Assembly: GCA_947456185.1 (NCBI GenBank)
Contig: CANGPW010000001.1
Span: 17,884 to 81,883, forward strand
DNA: 64,000 nt
Origin: Bacteroidota bacterium
Lineage (GTDB): Bacteria > Bacteroidota > Bacteroidia > UKL13-3
Direction of reading: 5' to 3'
The notes beneath the pieces are model-generated. The model did not search any database. It was not told the origin of the DNA and worked only from the letters and a program-made list of their open reading frames with translations. The position numbers and the translations under genes were made by a program. Position 1 is the stretch's first letter. Every line of letters starts with the position of its first letter. This document shows, piece after piece, positions 31,149-40,251 of this stretch.

Positions 31149-31394
31149 ATGAAGTATTTTGTTTACATTATTTTTAGTTTAAAGCTGAACAAATATTATA
31201 CTGGTTTTACAGAAAATTTGGAGATAAGGATAGCTCAACATAATTCAGGTATTAGTACTTTTACATCAAAAGGAATTCCTTGGGAATTGATTTATTTTTT
31301 TGAAGTAAATTCAATTAATGAAGCCCGGATATTGGAAAAAGTAATTAAAGGTCGCGGTGCAAAAAGATTTTTACAAGACAAAAAGATTCTCTAA
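31149..31394 (+). CDS. GIY-YIG nuclease-domain small protein (81 aa)
   Basis: YFVYIIFS...YYTGFTENLEIRIAQHN...G GIY-YIG core; this class is commonly found beside tRNAs in Bacteroidota. Confidence 0.75.
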   Translation: MKYFVYIIFSLKLNKYYTGFTENLEIRIAQHNSGISTFTSKGIPWELIYFFEVNSINEARILEKVIKGRGAKRFLQDKKIL

Positions 31395-31396
31395 AC

Positions 31397-31553
31397 GTGG
31401 AGGTAGTATCACGCGGTGCGTGACTTCCACCCCGATCCTGCAAAAGCAGGACTTAACAGTAATGTTAGGCTTTTTTTATTTTTAAAAAATACAATAAAAG
31501 TGGAGGTCGTATCACGCAGGGCCTGACGTGACTGCCACCCCGATCCTGCAAAA
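31397..31553. repeat. Direct-repeat module right copy: B2 + A2 + B3 (tRNA-Pro-3'-like, identical spacer, tRNA-Pro-3'-like)
   Basis: B2 gtggaggtagtatcacgcggtgcgtgacttccaccccgatcctgcaaaag; A2 identical to A1 over 46 nt; B3 gtggaggtcgtatcacgcagggcctgacgtgactgccaccccgatcctgcaaaag. Confidence 0.8.
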
Positions 31554-31658
31554 GTTGTTTTTAACTCAAAAGTAAGGCGATCTGTTTTTTTAATAAGAAA
31601 ATTTTACATTTTAGATAATATATTATTTTTATATTTGTTTTTTAAAAATATAAAAATC

Positions 31659-32690
31659 ATGTATAGAAATACTTTGAAATTCACGCTTTTGTTGAGCCTA
31701 ACAATACTTTGTTTTTTTAATATTAATGCACAAACAAAAGTGTATCTCCCGCTGCTTGAAACCATAAATTTGAAAAAAGATTTTCAATATTCTAGTACTC
31801 GATTACTTAAAAACTACATAGAAAGTGCAAATAAGTACCAAGTAATTATGCAAGATGTAAATGATTCTTCTATTAGTTATAACGATCAAAACGCATCTAT
31901 CATAACCAAGGCAAGAGAAATAAATGCCATGTATTATATCATTGGTTCTTTAAACCGATTAGGTGAAAATGTAATTGTAAACATCAATTTATTTGAAACT
32001 GAAACAGGTAAAAAAGTTTGGTTCGACCAATTAAAAGCCATGAGTCCAGATGATTTAGATCCTATTTTACAAAGAATTGGTCAAAATATAGGTACAGAGA
32101 ATAAAGCTACCACAGCAGACGATATTTATTCTGTTTCCAATCAAGAAACACAACAATTGAAACAAAAAGAAAGCAATAATAACTTTGGAATAGGATTATG
32201 TGCCATGCCACTTTTAATGCATGGTTTTGATTTAAATAATAATGCACAATTGTCAGGGCTTAGTTTGGCTTGGAGTTTTGATGCGCGCGATTATATTTTT
32301 GACATTAAACCATCTTGGTGTTTTAATTCTAATTATGATATGTTAAGTTTAGCTTTGGAAATGAATAAGCCATTGACTAAAAAAAGTAATACGCCTTTTT
32401 TGGGTGGAGGTGCGTCTTTAAGTAGAACAAGTTTTGGTATTAATGGTAGTAATCAATCAAATTATTATAGCTCAACAGCTTCTGGATATGGTATCATGCT
32501 TTTAGCAGGTGGTGGCTATATTTTTAACAGAACGTCTTCAGTTTCGGTGCGCTTATCAGCCAATTTAATGCAAGGATTTTATGATGTAAAGGGTTATGAA
32601 TATAACTCATTTGGTAGCTATTCTAGCCAAAAAAACTATGGTTTATCAACTGGTATTTTAATGCGTTTGGAAATATTATTTAGAAGATAA
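31659..32690 (+). CDS. Hypothetical secreted protein, possibly an outer-membrane beta-barrel with an N-terminal periplasmic domain
   Basis: Signal peptide MYRNTLKFTLLLSLTILCFFNINAQ; Gly/Ser/aromatic-rich C-terminal half with alternating hydrophobics; the longer ORF uses TTG at 31635. Confidence 0.45.
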   Translation: MYRNTLKFTLLLSLTILCFFNINAQTKVYLPLLETINLKKDFQYSSTRLLKNYIESANKYQVIMQDVNDSSISYNDQNASIITKAREINAMYYIIGSLNRLGENVIVNINLFETETGKKVWFDQLKAMSPDDLDPILQRIGQNIGTENKATTADDIYSVSNQETQQLKQKESNNNFGIGLCAMPLLMHGFDLNNNAQLSGLSLAWSFDARDYIFDIKPSWCFNSNYDMLSLALEMNKPLTKKSNTPFLGGGASLSRTSFGINGSNQSNYYSSTASGYGIMLLAGGGYIFNRTSSVSVRLSANLMQGFYDVKGYEYNSFGSYSSQKNYGLSTGILMRLEILFRR

Positions 32691-33091
32691 TGAAAACTAA
32701 ACTTATTTATTTTTCTGTATTTTTAATTTTACTTTCTTCCTGCGGCACTTCGTTGATTAAAGTAACAGGTAACAGTCGTCCATATTCAGTTTTTATTGAT
32801 AATCAATACAAAGGAATGACTAATAACGATATAAAAATTCAAAGGTCTGGATTACCTCAAAAAAAATTGATTGAAATAAAAGATGCCAAAGGAAAAGTTA
32901 TTGCAAAAGAAAAAATCTCGAGAGATTTTAATGTACTAAAATTTCTTGTGGGTTTTCTTTATTGTTATCCAATTTGGTTTTTTAGTTGGGAATACGAAAA
33001 AAAGATTGAAATTACTATTGATAATTCAAATAATAACAACGATAATTCAAGTCCTTGGGATGAAGAAAAGCCTAAAAGTCCTTGGGATTAA
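32690..33091 (+). CDS. Hypothetical lipoprotein, translationally coupled to the upstream gene (ATGA overlap)
   Basis: LILLSSCGTS lipobox; 133 aa; Asn/Asp-rich tail. Confidence 0.45.
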   Translation: MKTKLIYFSVFLILLSSCGTSLIKVTGNSRPYSVFIDNQYKGMTNNDIKIQRSGLPQKKLIEIKDAKGKVIAKEKISRDFNVLKFLVGFLYCYPIWFFSWEYEKKIEITIDNSNNNNDNSSPWDEEKPKSPWD

Positions 33092-33351
33092 TCATTAGAT
33101 GTTATTAATTTTTACTTTTTAAAAATCCACCACTTTCATTATTGCACTACCATCAAATTTATTTTTAATGACTTATTACGTCAATACTTTAAATAGTAAA
33201 TTATTTCCTCACCTACCAAAATCCCTTTAAATTCAAACATTTTGTACCGTTTATAAAAATAGTATTTAGGTAATAAATATTATAATAAAATAAATGTAAT
33301 TTTCGGCCTTCATTGTTATGAAAATCAGTGGCTTTTTTAAACAAATAATTC

Positions 33352-34701
33352 ATGAAAAAATTAAACAATAAACTATTCATTTGGCTTGGTGTAGCAGTTG
33401 TAATATTAATAATTATAGCAGTAGTTGGAAAGAAAAAAGGCTGGTTTGGTGGCAAAGACGAAACCAGGGTTAGCATGGCTATAGCCGAAATAAAAACGGT
33501 AATAGAAACAGTAAGCGCCAATGGAAAAATTCAACCTGAAACGGAAGTAAAAATTAGTTCGGATGTAAGTGGCGAGATCAGAGAATTATATGTAAAAGAA
33601 GGCGACTCGGTAACTGTTGGTCAGTTATTAGCCCGAATAGATCCAGAATTATATGCTTCGGCATTGGACAGAAGTAGTGCTTCGTTAAGCAATGCAAAAG
33701 CAAATTCAGCAACTACTAAAGCACGATTAACACAAGCTGAAGCACGATTTGCTGAAATAGAAAAACAATACAATAGATCCAAAAAAATGGCAGATCAAAA
33801 GTTAATCAGTGAAGCCGAAATAGAAACTGCTACTTCTAGTTATAAAAACGCCAAAGCCGAAGTTGATGCCATCAAACAAAACGTTATTGGTGCTGAATTT
33901 ACCGTAAAAAGTTTTGAAGCAAGTTTAAAAGAAAGCAAAAAGAATTTGACCAGAACCGAAATATTTGCTCCTGTAAGTGGAATAGTTTCAAGTTTAAAAG
34001 TAGAAAAAGGAGAACGCGTAGTTGGTACATCGCAAATGGCAGGAACTGAAATGATGCGCATTGCAAATTTAAATGCCATGGAAGTGAGCGTGGATGTAAA
34101 CGAAAACGACATTATAAAAGTAGGTTTAGGCGATACTGTTTTAATAGAAGTAGATGCTTATGGAACCAGAAAATTTAAAGGTTTAGTGTCGGAAATAGCC
34201 AATAGTGCCAGTGCTACAAACGCCAGTACCAGCGATCAGGTAACAAATTTTGTGGTGAAAATAAAAATTTTAAGAAGCAGTTATGCTGATTTAACTGCAA
34301 AATTTGGTAAACGAAAAGCAGTTTTTCGTCCGGGAATGAGTGCCAGTGTAGAAATTCAAACAGAAGTAGCTCAACAAGTTTTGGCCATACCAATAGAAGC
34401 CGTAACTGTTAGGCAGCCTAGTGATTTGGATACAGCAACTACTGCTGATAAAAAAGAAATGACCGCAAATGCTGATTCCAAAGATGAAGTAGAAGTGGTG
34501 TTTGTAAACAATAACAATACTGCTGCTATTCGCAAAATAGTTACCGGAATTCAAGATGATAAATTAATAGTAATTACCAGTGGTTTGGCTAAAGGCGATG
34601 AAGTAATCAGTGGGCCGTATGCCACCGTTTCCAAAACGTTAAAACATGGTGATAAACTTAAAAAAGTAAGCAAAGAAGAATTGTTTGAAGTAAAAAAATA
34701 A
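33352..34701 (+). CDS. Efflux transporter periplasmic adaptor subunit (HlyD/MFP family), orphan
   Basis: N-terminal TM anchor, biotinyl/lipoyl-like half-domains, long coiled-coil, beta-barrel domain; no cognate ABC or RND pump gene adjacent. Confidence 0.75.
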   Translation: MKKLNNKLFIWLGVAVVILIIIAVVGKKKGWFGGKDETRVSMAIAEIKTVIETVSANGKIQPETEVKISSDVSGEIRELYVKEGDSVTVGQLLARIDPELYASALDRSSASLSNAKANSATTKARLTQAEARFAEIEKQYNRSKKMADQKLISEAEIETATSSYKNAKAEVDAIKQNVIGAEFTVKSFEASLKESKKNLTRTEIFAPVSGIVSSLKVEKGERVVGTSQMAGTEMMRIANLNAMEVSVDVNENDIIKVGLGDTVLIEVDAYGTRKFKGLVSEIANSASATNASTSDQVTNFVVKIKILRSSYADLTAKFGKRKAVFRPGMSASVEIQTEVAQQVLAIPIEAVTVRQPSDLDTATTADKKEMTANADSKDEVEVVFVNNNNTAAIRKIVTGIQDDKLIVITSGLAKGDEVISGPYATVSKTLKHGDKLKKVSKEELFEVKK

Positions 34702-34757
34702 CAAAAATTCTACATTTTTTATTCGATTTGAATTCAACTCTTTTCTCCCAAAAAATT

Positions 34758-35474
34758 ATGACAAATTCAGTTTTACACAAAGCTGATTCTCGTGGCGATG
34801 CAAACCACGGTTGGCTGCATAGCAAACACACTTTTAGCTTTGCTAATTATTATAATCCTGAACGAATGAACTTTGGTGTACTGCGTGTTTTAAACGATGA
34901 CACAGTGGCTGCTGGAATGGGTTTTGGAAAGCATCCGCACGATAACATGGAAATTATTAGCATTCCTTTATCGGGTGATTTAGAACATAAAGATAGCATG
35001 AACAATGTAACTGTTATAAAAAGTGGTGATATTCAGGTAATGAGTGCTGGAACCGGAATTCAGCACAGCGAATACAATAAAAACAAAGATGCGGAAGTAA
35101 AATTTTTGCAGATTTGGGTGTTTCCGAATAAAAAAAATGTAACTCCTCGTTACGACCAAATTACCTTAAACATTGCTGATAGGAAAAATAAATTACAACA
35201 AATATTATCGCCTAATCCAAACGATGCTGGAGTTTGGATTCATCAAAATGCATGGTTTCATTTAGCTGATTTTGATAAAGGAATAAGCACTAATTATGAA
35301 TTCAAAAGCCAAGACAATGGTTTGTATCTTTTTAATTTAAAAGGCAATTTAAAAGTAAATAATCAATCCATTTCTACACGTGATGGCATTGGAATTTGGA
35401 ACACAACTCACGTAGAAATTACTGCTGAATCTGATGCAGAATTTTTATTAATGGAAGTGCCAATGCAAGTTTAA
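34758..35474 (+). CDS. Pirin-family (cupin) protein
   Basis: GFGKHPHDNMEIISIPLSGDLEHKDSMNN (pirin His cluster); ATG at 34758 (the longer ORF starts with TTG at 34728). Confidence 0.85.
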   Translation: MTNSVLHKADSRGDANHGWLHSKHTFSFANYYNPERMNFGVLRVLNDDTVAAGMGFGKHPHDNMEIISIPLSGDLEHKDSMNNVTVIKSGDIQVMSAGTGIQHSEYNKNKDAEVKFLQIWVFPNKKNVTPRYDQITLNIADRKNKLQQILSPNPNDAGVWIHQNAWFHLADFDKGISTNYEFKSQDNGLYLFNLKGNLKVNNQSISTRDGIGIWNTTHVEITAESDAEFLLMEVPMQV

Positions 35475-35496
35475 AATATTTTCAAAAACTAAAATA

Positions 35497-36102
35497 TTAT
35501 TTCCCATAAGGAATTCTACTTACAATACTTCTTCCCAATGTAATTTCATCGGCATATTCTAGTTCACCACCAATGGAAATTCCACGGCTAATGGTGCTGA
35601 TTTGAATGGGTAAATGCGCTAGTTTTTTTGAAATATAAAAAGTAGTGGTGTCGCCTTCTGGTGTTGCACTCAGTGCAATAATTAATTCTTTTATTTGTTC
35701 GTTTTCAGCCCTAATAATTAACGAAGAAATATTTACATCGTCAGGTCCAACGCCATTGATTGGTGAAATCACTCCACCCAAAACATGGTACAATCCATTA
35801 AACTGAGAAGTGTTTTCAATGGCCATTACATCGCGCAAATCTTCTACCACACAAACCAATTCAGGGTTACGTTTATGGCTTTGGCAAATGTTACACAAAT
35901 CGCCATCGCTCACATTGTGGCAACGTTTGCAGTATTTTATTAAAGTTCTTACTTGTTCTAAAGCTTGTCCAAGGCGAATGGCATCTTGAGGTTCTTGCTT
36001 TAAAATATGCAAAACCATTCGCAAAGCCGATTTTTTTCCTACACCCGGAAAGCGTGATAATTGGTTAACAGCCTCTTCAATTAAGGCAGATGGAAAGTTC
36101 AT
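35497..36102 (-). CDS. recR: Recombination protein RecR
   Basis: LSRFPGVGKKSALRMVLHIL HhH; C4 zinc finger CKRCHNVSDGDLCNIC; Toprim domain. Confidence 0.9.
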   Translation of the reverse strand: MNFPSALIEEAVNQLSRFPGVGKKSALRMVLHILKQEPQDAIRLGQALEQVRTLIKYCKRCHNVSDGDLCNICQSHKRNPELVCVVEDLRDVMAIENTSQFNGLYHVLGGVISPINGVGPDDVNISSLIIRAENEQIKELIIALSATPEGDTTTFYISKKLAHLPIQISTISRGISIGGELEYADEITLGRSIVSRIPYGK

Positions 36103-36355
36103 ATGCTTTAATTATATAGTATTTGAAAAGTAATCGTTGTTGTAATTTGTCATTTAATTTTTTTCTATTCTTACTTTTTGTTTGGGCAAAAAGTAAGCAA
36201 AAAGCCCACCACTAAATAAAAATTTCCATTTTTTTGTTGCACATCCCAACGCCACCCAAGCCAAAATTGAAAATTTCACACATTTAGTGGACATCCACCC
36301 ACACCACTTTGCTCGCACCTTTTGTTGTAAAATATACTTCCTTTAATTGAAGGTT

Positions 36356-37150
36356 TTAAACCGCTACTGCTCCTTTAATTCCTGCGTGTGGGTTATAATT
36401 TTCCAATTCAAAATCTTCATATTTAAAGTCAAAAATAGACTTCACATCCTTATTTATTTTCATGGTTGGATAAGGCCTAACATCTCTACTTAATTGTAAA
36501 GTTACTTGCTCAAAATGATTGCTATAAATATGTGCATCGCCAAAAGTATGAATAAAATCGCCTGGTTCTAAATTGCACACCTGTGCAACCATTAAAGTAA
36601 GTAAAGCATAACTGGCAATATTAAACGGAACGCCCAAAAACATATCGGCACTACGTTGATATAACTGGCAACTTAATTTTCCATTGGCCACATAAAACTG
36701 AAAAAAAGCATGGCAAGGCATCAATGCCATTTTCTCTAGATCGGCCACGTTCCATGCACTCACAATAATTCTGCGGCTATCAGGATTGTTTTTTAAGGCT
36801 TCTATTACTTCACTTAATTGGTCTATATGTCCGCCATCGGCTTTAGGCCAGTTGCGCCATTGATGCCCATAAACAGGTCCAAGGTTTCCGTTTTCGTCAG
36901 CCCATTCGTCCCATATTTTTACACCATTATCGGTTAAATATTTGGTGTTGGTTTCGCCTTTTATAAACCAAAGTAATTCGTGTATGATTGATTTTAAATG
37001 AACTTTTTTAGAAGTAATCAGCGGAAAACCTTTGCTTAAATCAAACCTAATTTGAGCGCCAAATATGCTTCTAGTTCCAGTTCCAGTTCTATCACTTTTT
37101 TCGGCTCCTGTATAAAATACATGCTTAAGTAATTCTTCGTATTGATTCAT
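36356..37150 (-). CDS. thyA: Thymidylate synthase
   Basis: [45 protein letters not shown], catalytic Cys region [10 protein letters not shown]. Confidence 0.9.
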   Translation of the reverse strand: MNQYEELLKHVFYTGAEKSDRTGTGTRSIFGAQIRFDLSKGFPLITSKKVHLKSIIHELLWFIKGETNTKYLTDNGVKIWDEWADENGNLGPVYGHQWRNWPKADGGHIDQLSEVIEALKNNPDSRRIIVSAWNVADLEKMALMPCHAFFQFYVANGKLSCQLYQRSADMFLGVPFNIASYALLTLMVAQVCNLEPGDFIHTFGDAHIYSNHFEQVTLQLSRDVRPYPTMKINKDVKSIFDFKYEDFELENYNPHAGIKGAVAV

Positions 37151-37301
37151 TTTTGAAATATTATTTTACAAATAAAATGAAATATTTAGCCAAGACTATA
37201 TAATTTTTTGAACCAAAAAGTAACAAATTTTTTTTAAACCACATATAAAACATAGCTTTTGAATACTTTAAAATAAAATCTATGTAATCTGTGGCTAATT
37301 A

Positions 37302-38534
37302 CTAAGCAGCTTGAAAAGTTTTGTATTTCAAAGCTTCTATTTTGCTTTTGGCATAAGCCAAGTCAATTACAATTTTTCCTTTAACGGTCAAATCTGGAGC
37401 TTCATACATTAAGTCAAGCATAATGGCTTCGCAAATACTGCGTAAACCACGAGCGCCTAATTTAAATCCAAATGCAGTGTCAACAATTAAATCTACTACT
37501 TCATCGGTAAATTGTAATTCTATTTTTTCTAAATCAAACAAATGTTTGTATTGTTTAGTTAAAGCATTTTTAGGTACTGTTAATATATTGCGAAGCGCTT
37601 CTTTATCTAAAGGATTTAAGTGACACAACACGGGTAGGCGACCAATTATTTCGGGAATTAATCCAAAACTTCTTAAATCGGCAGGGCTGATGTATTGCAA
37701 CATATTTTTGTCGTTTACAGCGTCCATTTCCTCTTCGTTTTTAAAACCAATGGCTTGTGTTTGTAATCTTCTTGCTATATGCCTTTCTATTCCATCAAAG
37801 GCGCCCCCACAAATAAATAAAATATTGTTGGTATTAATTTGAATCATTTTTTGGTCAGGATGTTTGCGTCCTCCTTGCGGTGGCACATTGGCAATGGTTC
37901 CTTCCAATATTTTTAATAAAGCTTGTTGAACGCCTTCGCCACTTACATCGCGGGTAATGCTAGGGTTATCGCTTTTGCGGCTAATTTTATCTATTTCATC
38001 AATATAAACAATACCACGTTCCGCCATTTCTACATTATAATCGGCTGCTTGTAGCAAACGACTTAAAATACTTTCTACGTCTTCACCTACATAACCAGCT
38101 TCGGTTATAACTGTTGCATCAGCAATACAAAAAGGAACTTCCAGTACTTTAGCCAAAGTTTTGGCCAATAAAGTTTTGCCAGTTCCAGTTTCGCCAACCA
38201 TCATCACATTGCTTTTTTCTATTTCTATATCGTTCTTTTTGCTTTTTACCAATAAGCGTTTAAAGTGATTGTAAACCGCCACACTTAATACTTTTTTAGC
38301 TTCATCCTGGCCAATTACGTATTCGTCAAGGTGCGCTTTTATTTGAGCGGGTTTTAGTAAAACTAATTTATTTAAAGGTGTTGAAGTTTTTACCTCCGTA
38401 TCTTCACTAATTATTCTATTAGCTTGCTTGGTACAATCTTCACAAATGAGGGCATCGAGGCCAGCAATTAAAAATTGAACTTCATTTCTGCTTCGTCCAC
38501 AAAATGAACACTTATCTTCGGTTTTTTTTGCCAT
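37302..38534 (-). CDS. clpX: ATP-dependent Clp protease ATP-binding subunit ClpX
   Basis: N-terminal C4 zinc finger CSFCGR...CEDC; Walker [17 protein letters not shown]; start at MAKKTEDK (the longer ORF reaches 38591). Confidence 0.9.
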   Translation of the reverse strand: MAKKTEDKCSFCGRSRNEVQFLIAGLDALICEDCTKQANRIISEDTEVKTSTPLNKLVLLKPAQIKAHLDEYVIGQDEAKKVLSVAVYNHFKRLLVKSKKNDIEIEKSNVMMVGETGTGKTLLAKTLAKVLEVPFCIADATVITEAGYVGEDVESILSRLLQAADYNVEMAERGIVYIDEIDKISRKSDNPSITRDVSGEGVQQALLKILEGTIANVPPQGGRKHPDQKMIQINTNNILFICGGAFDGIERHIARRLQTQAIGFKNEEEMDAVNDKNMLQYISPADLRSFGLIPEIIGRLPVLCHLNPLDKEALRNILTVPKNALTKQYKHLFDLEKIELQFTDEVVDLIVDTAFGFKLGARGLRSICEAIMLDLMYEAPDLTVKGKIVIDLAYAKSKIEALKYKTFQAA

Positions 38535-38767
38535 TAAAATGATTGAGCTATTTTTTAAAAAATAATAGCCTGCGAATATAATACAACCCAAAGCGTTTTT
38601 TGTTTATTTTTTACAAATGAATTACGAATTATAACTACATAAGATTGTTTTCCTACTCATAAAATTTGTATTTACTTAAAAATTGAAATTGATCAGCTAA
38701 TTTGTTTAGCTCAAAATAAGGGCTAATTTGCAAGCCATTTTAAAAGTAAAAACTAAATAATAAAATT

Positions 38768-39880
38768 ATGATAATTGGAGTTCCAAAGGAAATTAAAAAC
38801 AATGAAAACCGCGTAGGATTAACACCTGCAGGTGTAATTGCTTTTGTCAAAGCAGGTCATCAAGTATTTATACAAGCAACTGCTGGTAACGGGAGTGGTT
38901 TTTCGGATGAAGAATATGCTGGTGCTGGCGCAACTGTTTTAGCTACCATTGAAGAAGTATATGGTAAAGCCGAAATGATTGTTAAAGTAAAAGAACCCAT
39001 TGAATCGGAATATACTTTAATAAAAGAAGGTCAATTATTATTTACTTATTTCCACTTTGCAAGTTATGAGCCTTTAACTCACGCCATGATTGCACGTAAA
39101 GCCATTTGCTTAGCATACGAAACAGTTGAGAAAAAAGACAGATCACTACCTTTGTTAGTTCCTATGAGCGAAGTAGCAGGTAGAATGAGTATTCAAGAAG
39201 GTGCAAAATACTTAGAAAAACCTATGGGCGGACGCGGAATTTTATTAGGTGGCGTACCAGGTGTGAAACCAGCTCAAGTATTAATTTTAGGTGGTGGAAT
39301 TGTTGGAACTCAAGCGGCTAAAATGGCTGCTGGTATGGCTGCTGACGTAACCATTATGGATATTTCAATTCCTCGTTTACGCGAGCTAGATGATATATTA
39401 CCTGCAAATGTAAAAACGGTATTTAGCAATGAATACAATATCAGAGAAGCCATCAAAACGTCTGATTTAATTATTGGAGCGGTGTTAATACCAGGAGCAA
39501 AAGCACCTCATTTAATTACCCGCGAAATGTTAAAAATGATGCGTCCGGGTACAGTTTTAGTCGATGTAGCAGTAGATCAAGGTGGATGTATTGAAACTTG
39601 TAAACCTACAACTCACGAAAATCCTACTTACGAAATTGATGGAATTATTCATTATTGCGTAGCAAACATGCCTGGTGCAGTTCCTTATACTTCTACTTTG
39701 GCTTTAACAAATGCTACTTTACCATATGCTTTGCAATTAGCAAACAAAGGTTGGAAAAAAGCATGTGCTGATAACGAAGAATTACGTTTAGGTTTAAATG
39801 TAGTAGATGGAAAAGTAGTTTACAAAGGTGTTTCAGAAGCATTTGGTTTACCTTACCACGAAGTAAATTCTGTGCTTTAG
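38768..39880 (+). CDS. ald: Alanine dehydrogenase
   Basis: MIIGVPKEIKNNENRVGLTPAGV; NAD-binding VLILGGGIVGTQAA. Confidence 0.9.
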   Translation: MIIGVPKEIKNNENRVGLTPAGVIAFVKAGHQVFIQATAGNGSGFSDEEYAGAGATVLATIEEVYGKAEMIVKVKEPIESEYTLIKEGQLLFTYFHFASYEPLTHAMIARKAICLAYETVEKKDRSLPLLVPMSEVAGRMSIQEGAKYLEKPMGGRGILLGGVPGVKPAQVLILGGGIVGTQAAKMAAGMAADVTIMDISIPRLRELDDILPANVKTVFSNEYNIREAIKTSDLIIGAVLIPGAKAPHLITREMLKMMRPGTVLVDVAVDQGGCIETCKPTTHENPTYEIDGIIHYCVANMPGAVPYTSTLALTNATLPYALQLANKGWKKACADNEELRLGLNVVDGKVVYKGVSEAFGLPYHEVNSVL

Positions 39881-39930
39881 TTGATAGCTTGCCACGCTTT
39901 GGCATGGTTGTCAGTTGATAGAAAATATAA

Positions 39931-39961
39931 AAGCTACTCCATTATGGGGTAGCTTTTTTTT
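39931..39961 (+). terminator. Rho-independent terminator of ald
   Basis: agctactcc-attat-ggggtagct stem followed by ttttttt. Confidence 0.65.
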
Positions 39962-40024
39962 GGGGTAATTTGTAGAGATGTTTAATTAAACGTCTCTACA
40001 AATGGGCACAAACTTTATAGAAAC

Positions 40025-40106
40025 TGTTGTTCGACCCCAACGGGGTCGTATGTTTGTAGCTAGATTATTTATTATAAACATACGACCCCGTTGGGGTCGA
40101 ACAACA
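40025..40106. repeat. Perfect 31-bp inverted repeat (arms 40025-40055 and 40076-40106), each arm containing its own cgacccc-aac-ggggtcg hairpin
   Basis: tgttgttcgaccccaacggggtcgtatgttt ... aaacatacgaccccgttggggtcgaacaaca; exact reverse complements separated by 20 nt. Confidence 0.9.
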
Positions 40107-40251
40107 CCTACTATCCTTTGTCTTGTGAAATGGACTTTGGGTGGCTGACTAAGGATTTGAAATGAGAAAACAGTCTCCAGACTCGTTTAATTTTTACCCA
40201 TAAAAAAAGCCACTCTTGCAAGCGGCTTTTAGTTTATTATTATTTTATAGA

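Noticed and set aside
33213-33521. ORF 33213..33521 (-) upstream of and overlapping the HlyD-adaptor start
   Set aside because: It overlaps the adaptor's signal-anchor coding region on the opposite strand, has low-complexity translation, and is likely spurious.
36103-36355. Possible ncRNA in the recR-thyA spacer
   Set aside because: It shows only scattered short complementarity (ccaccc/ggtgg motifs). No convincing terminator or conserved structure is discernible without comparative data.
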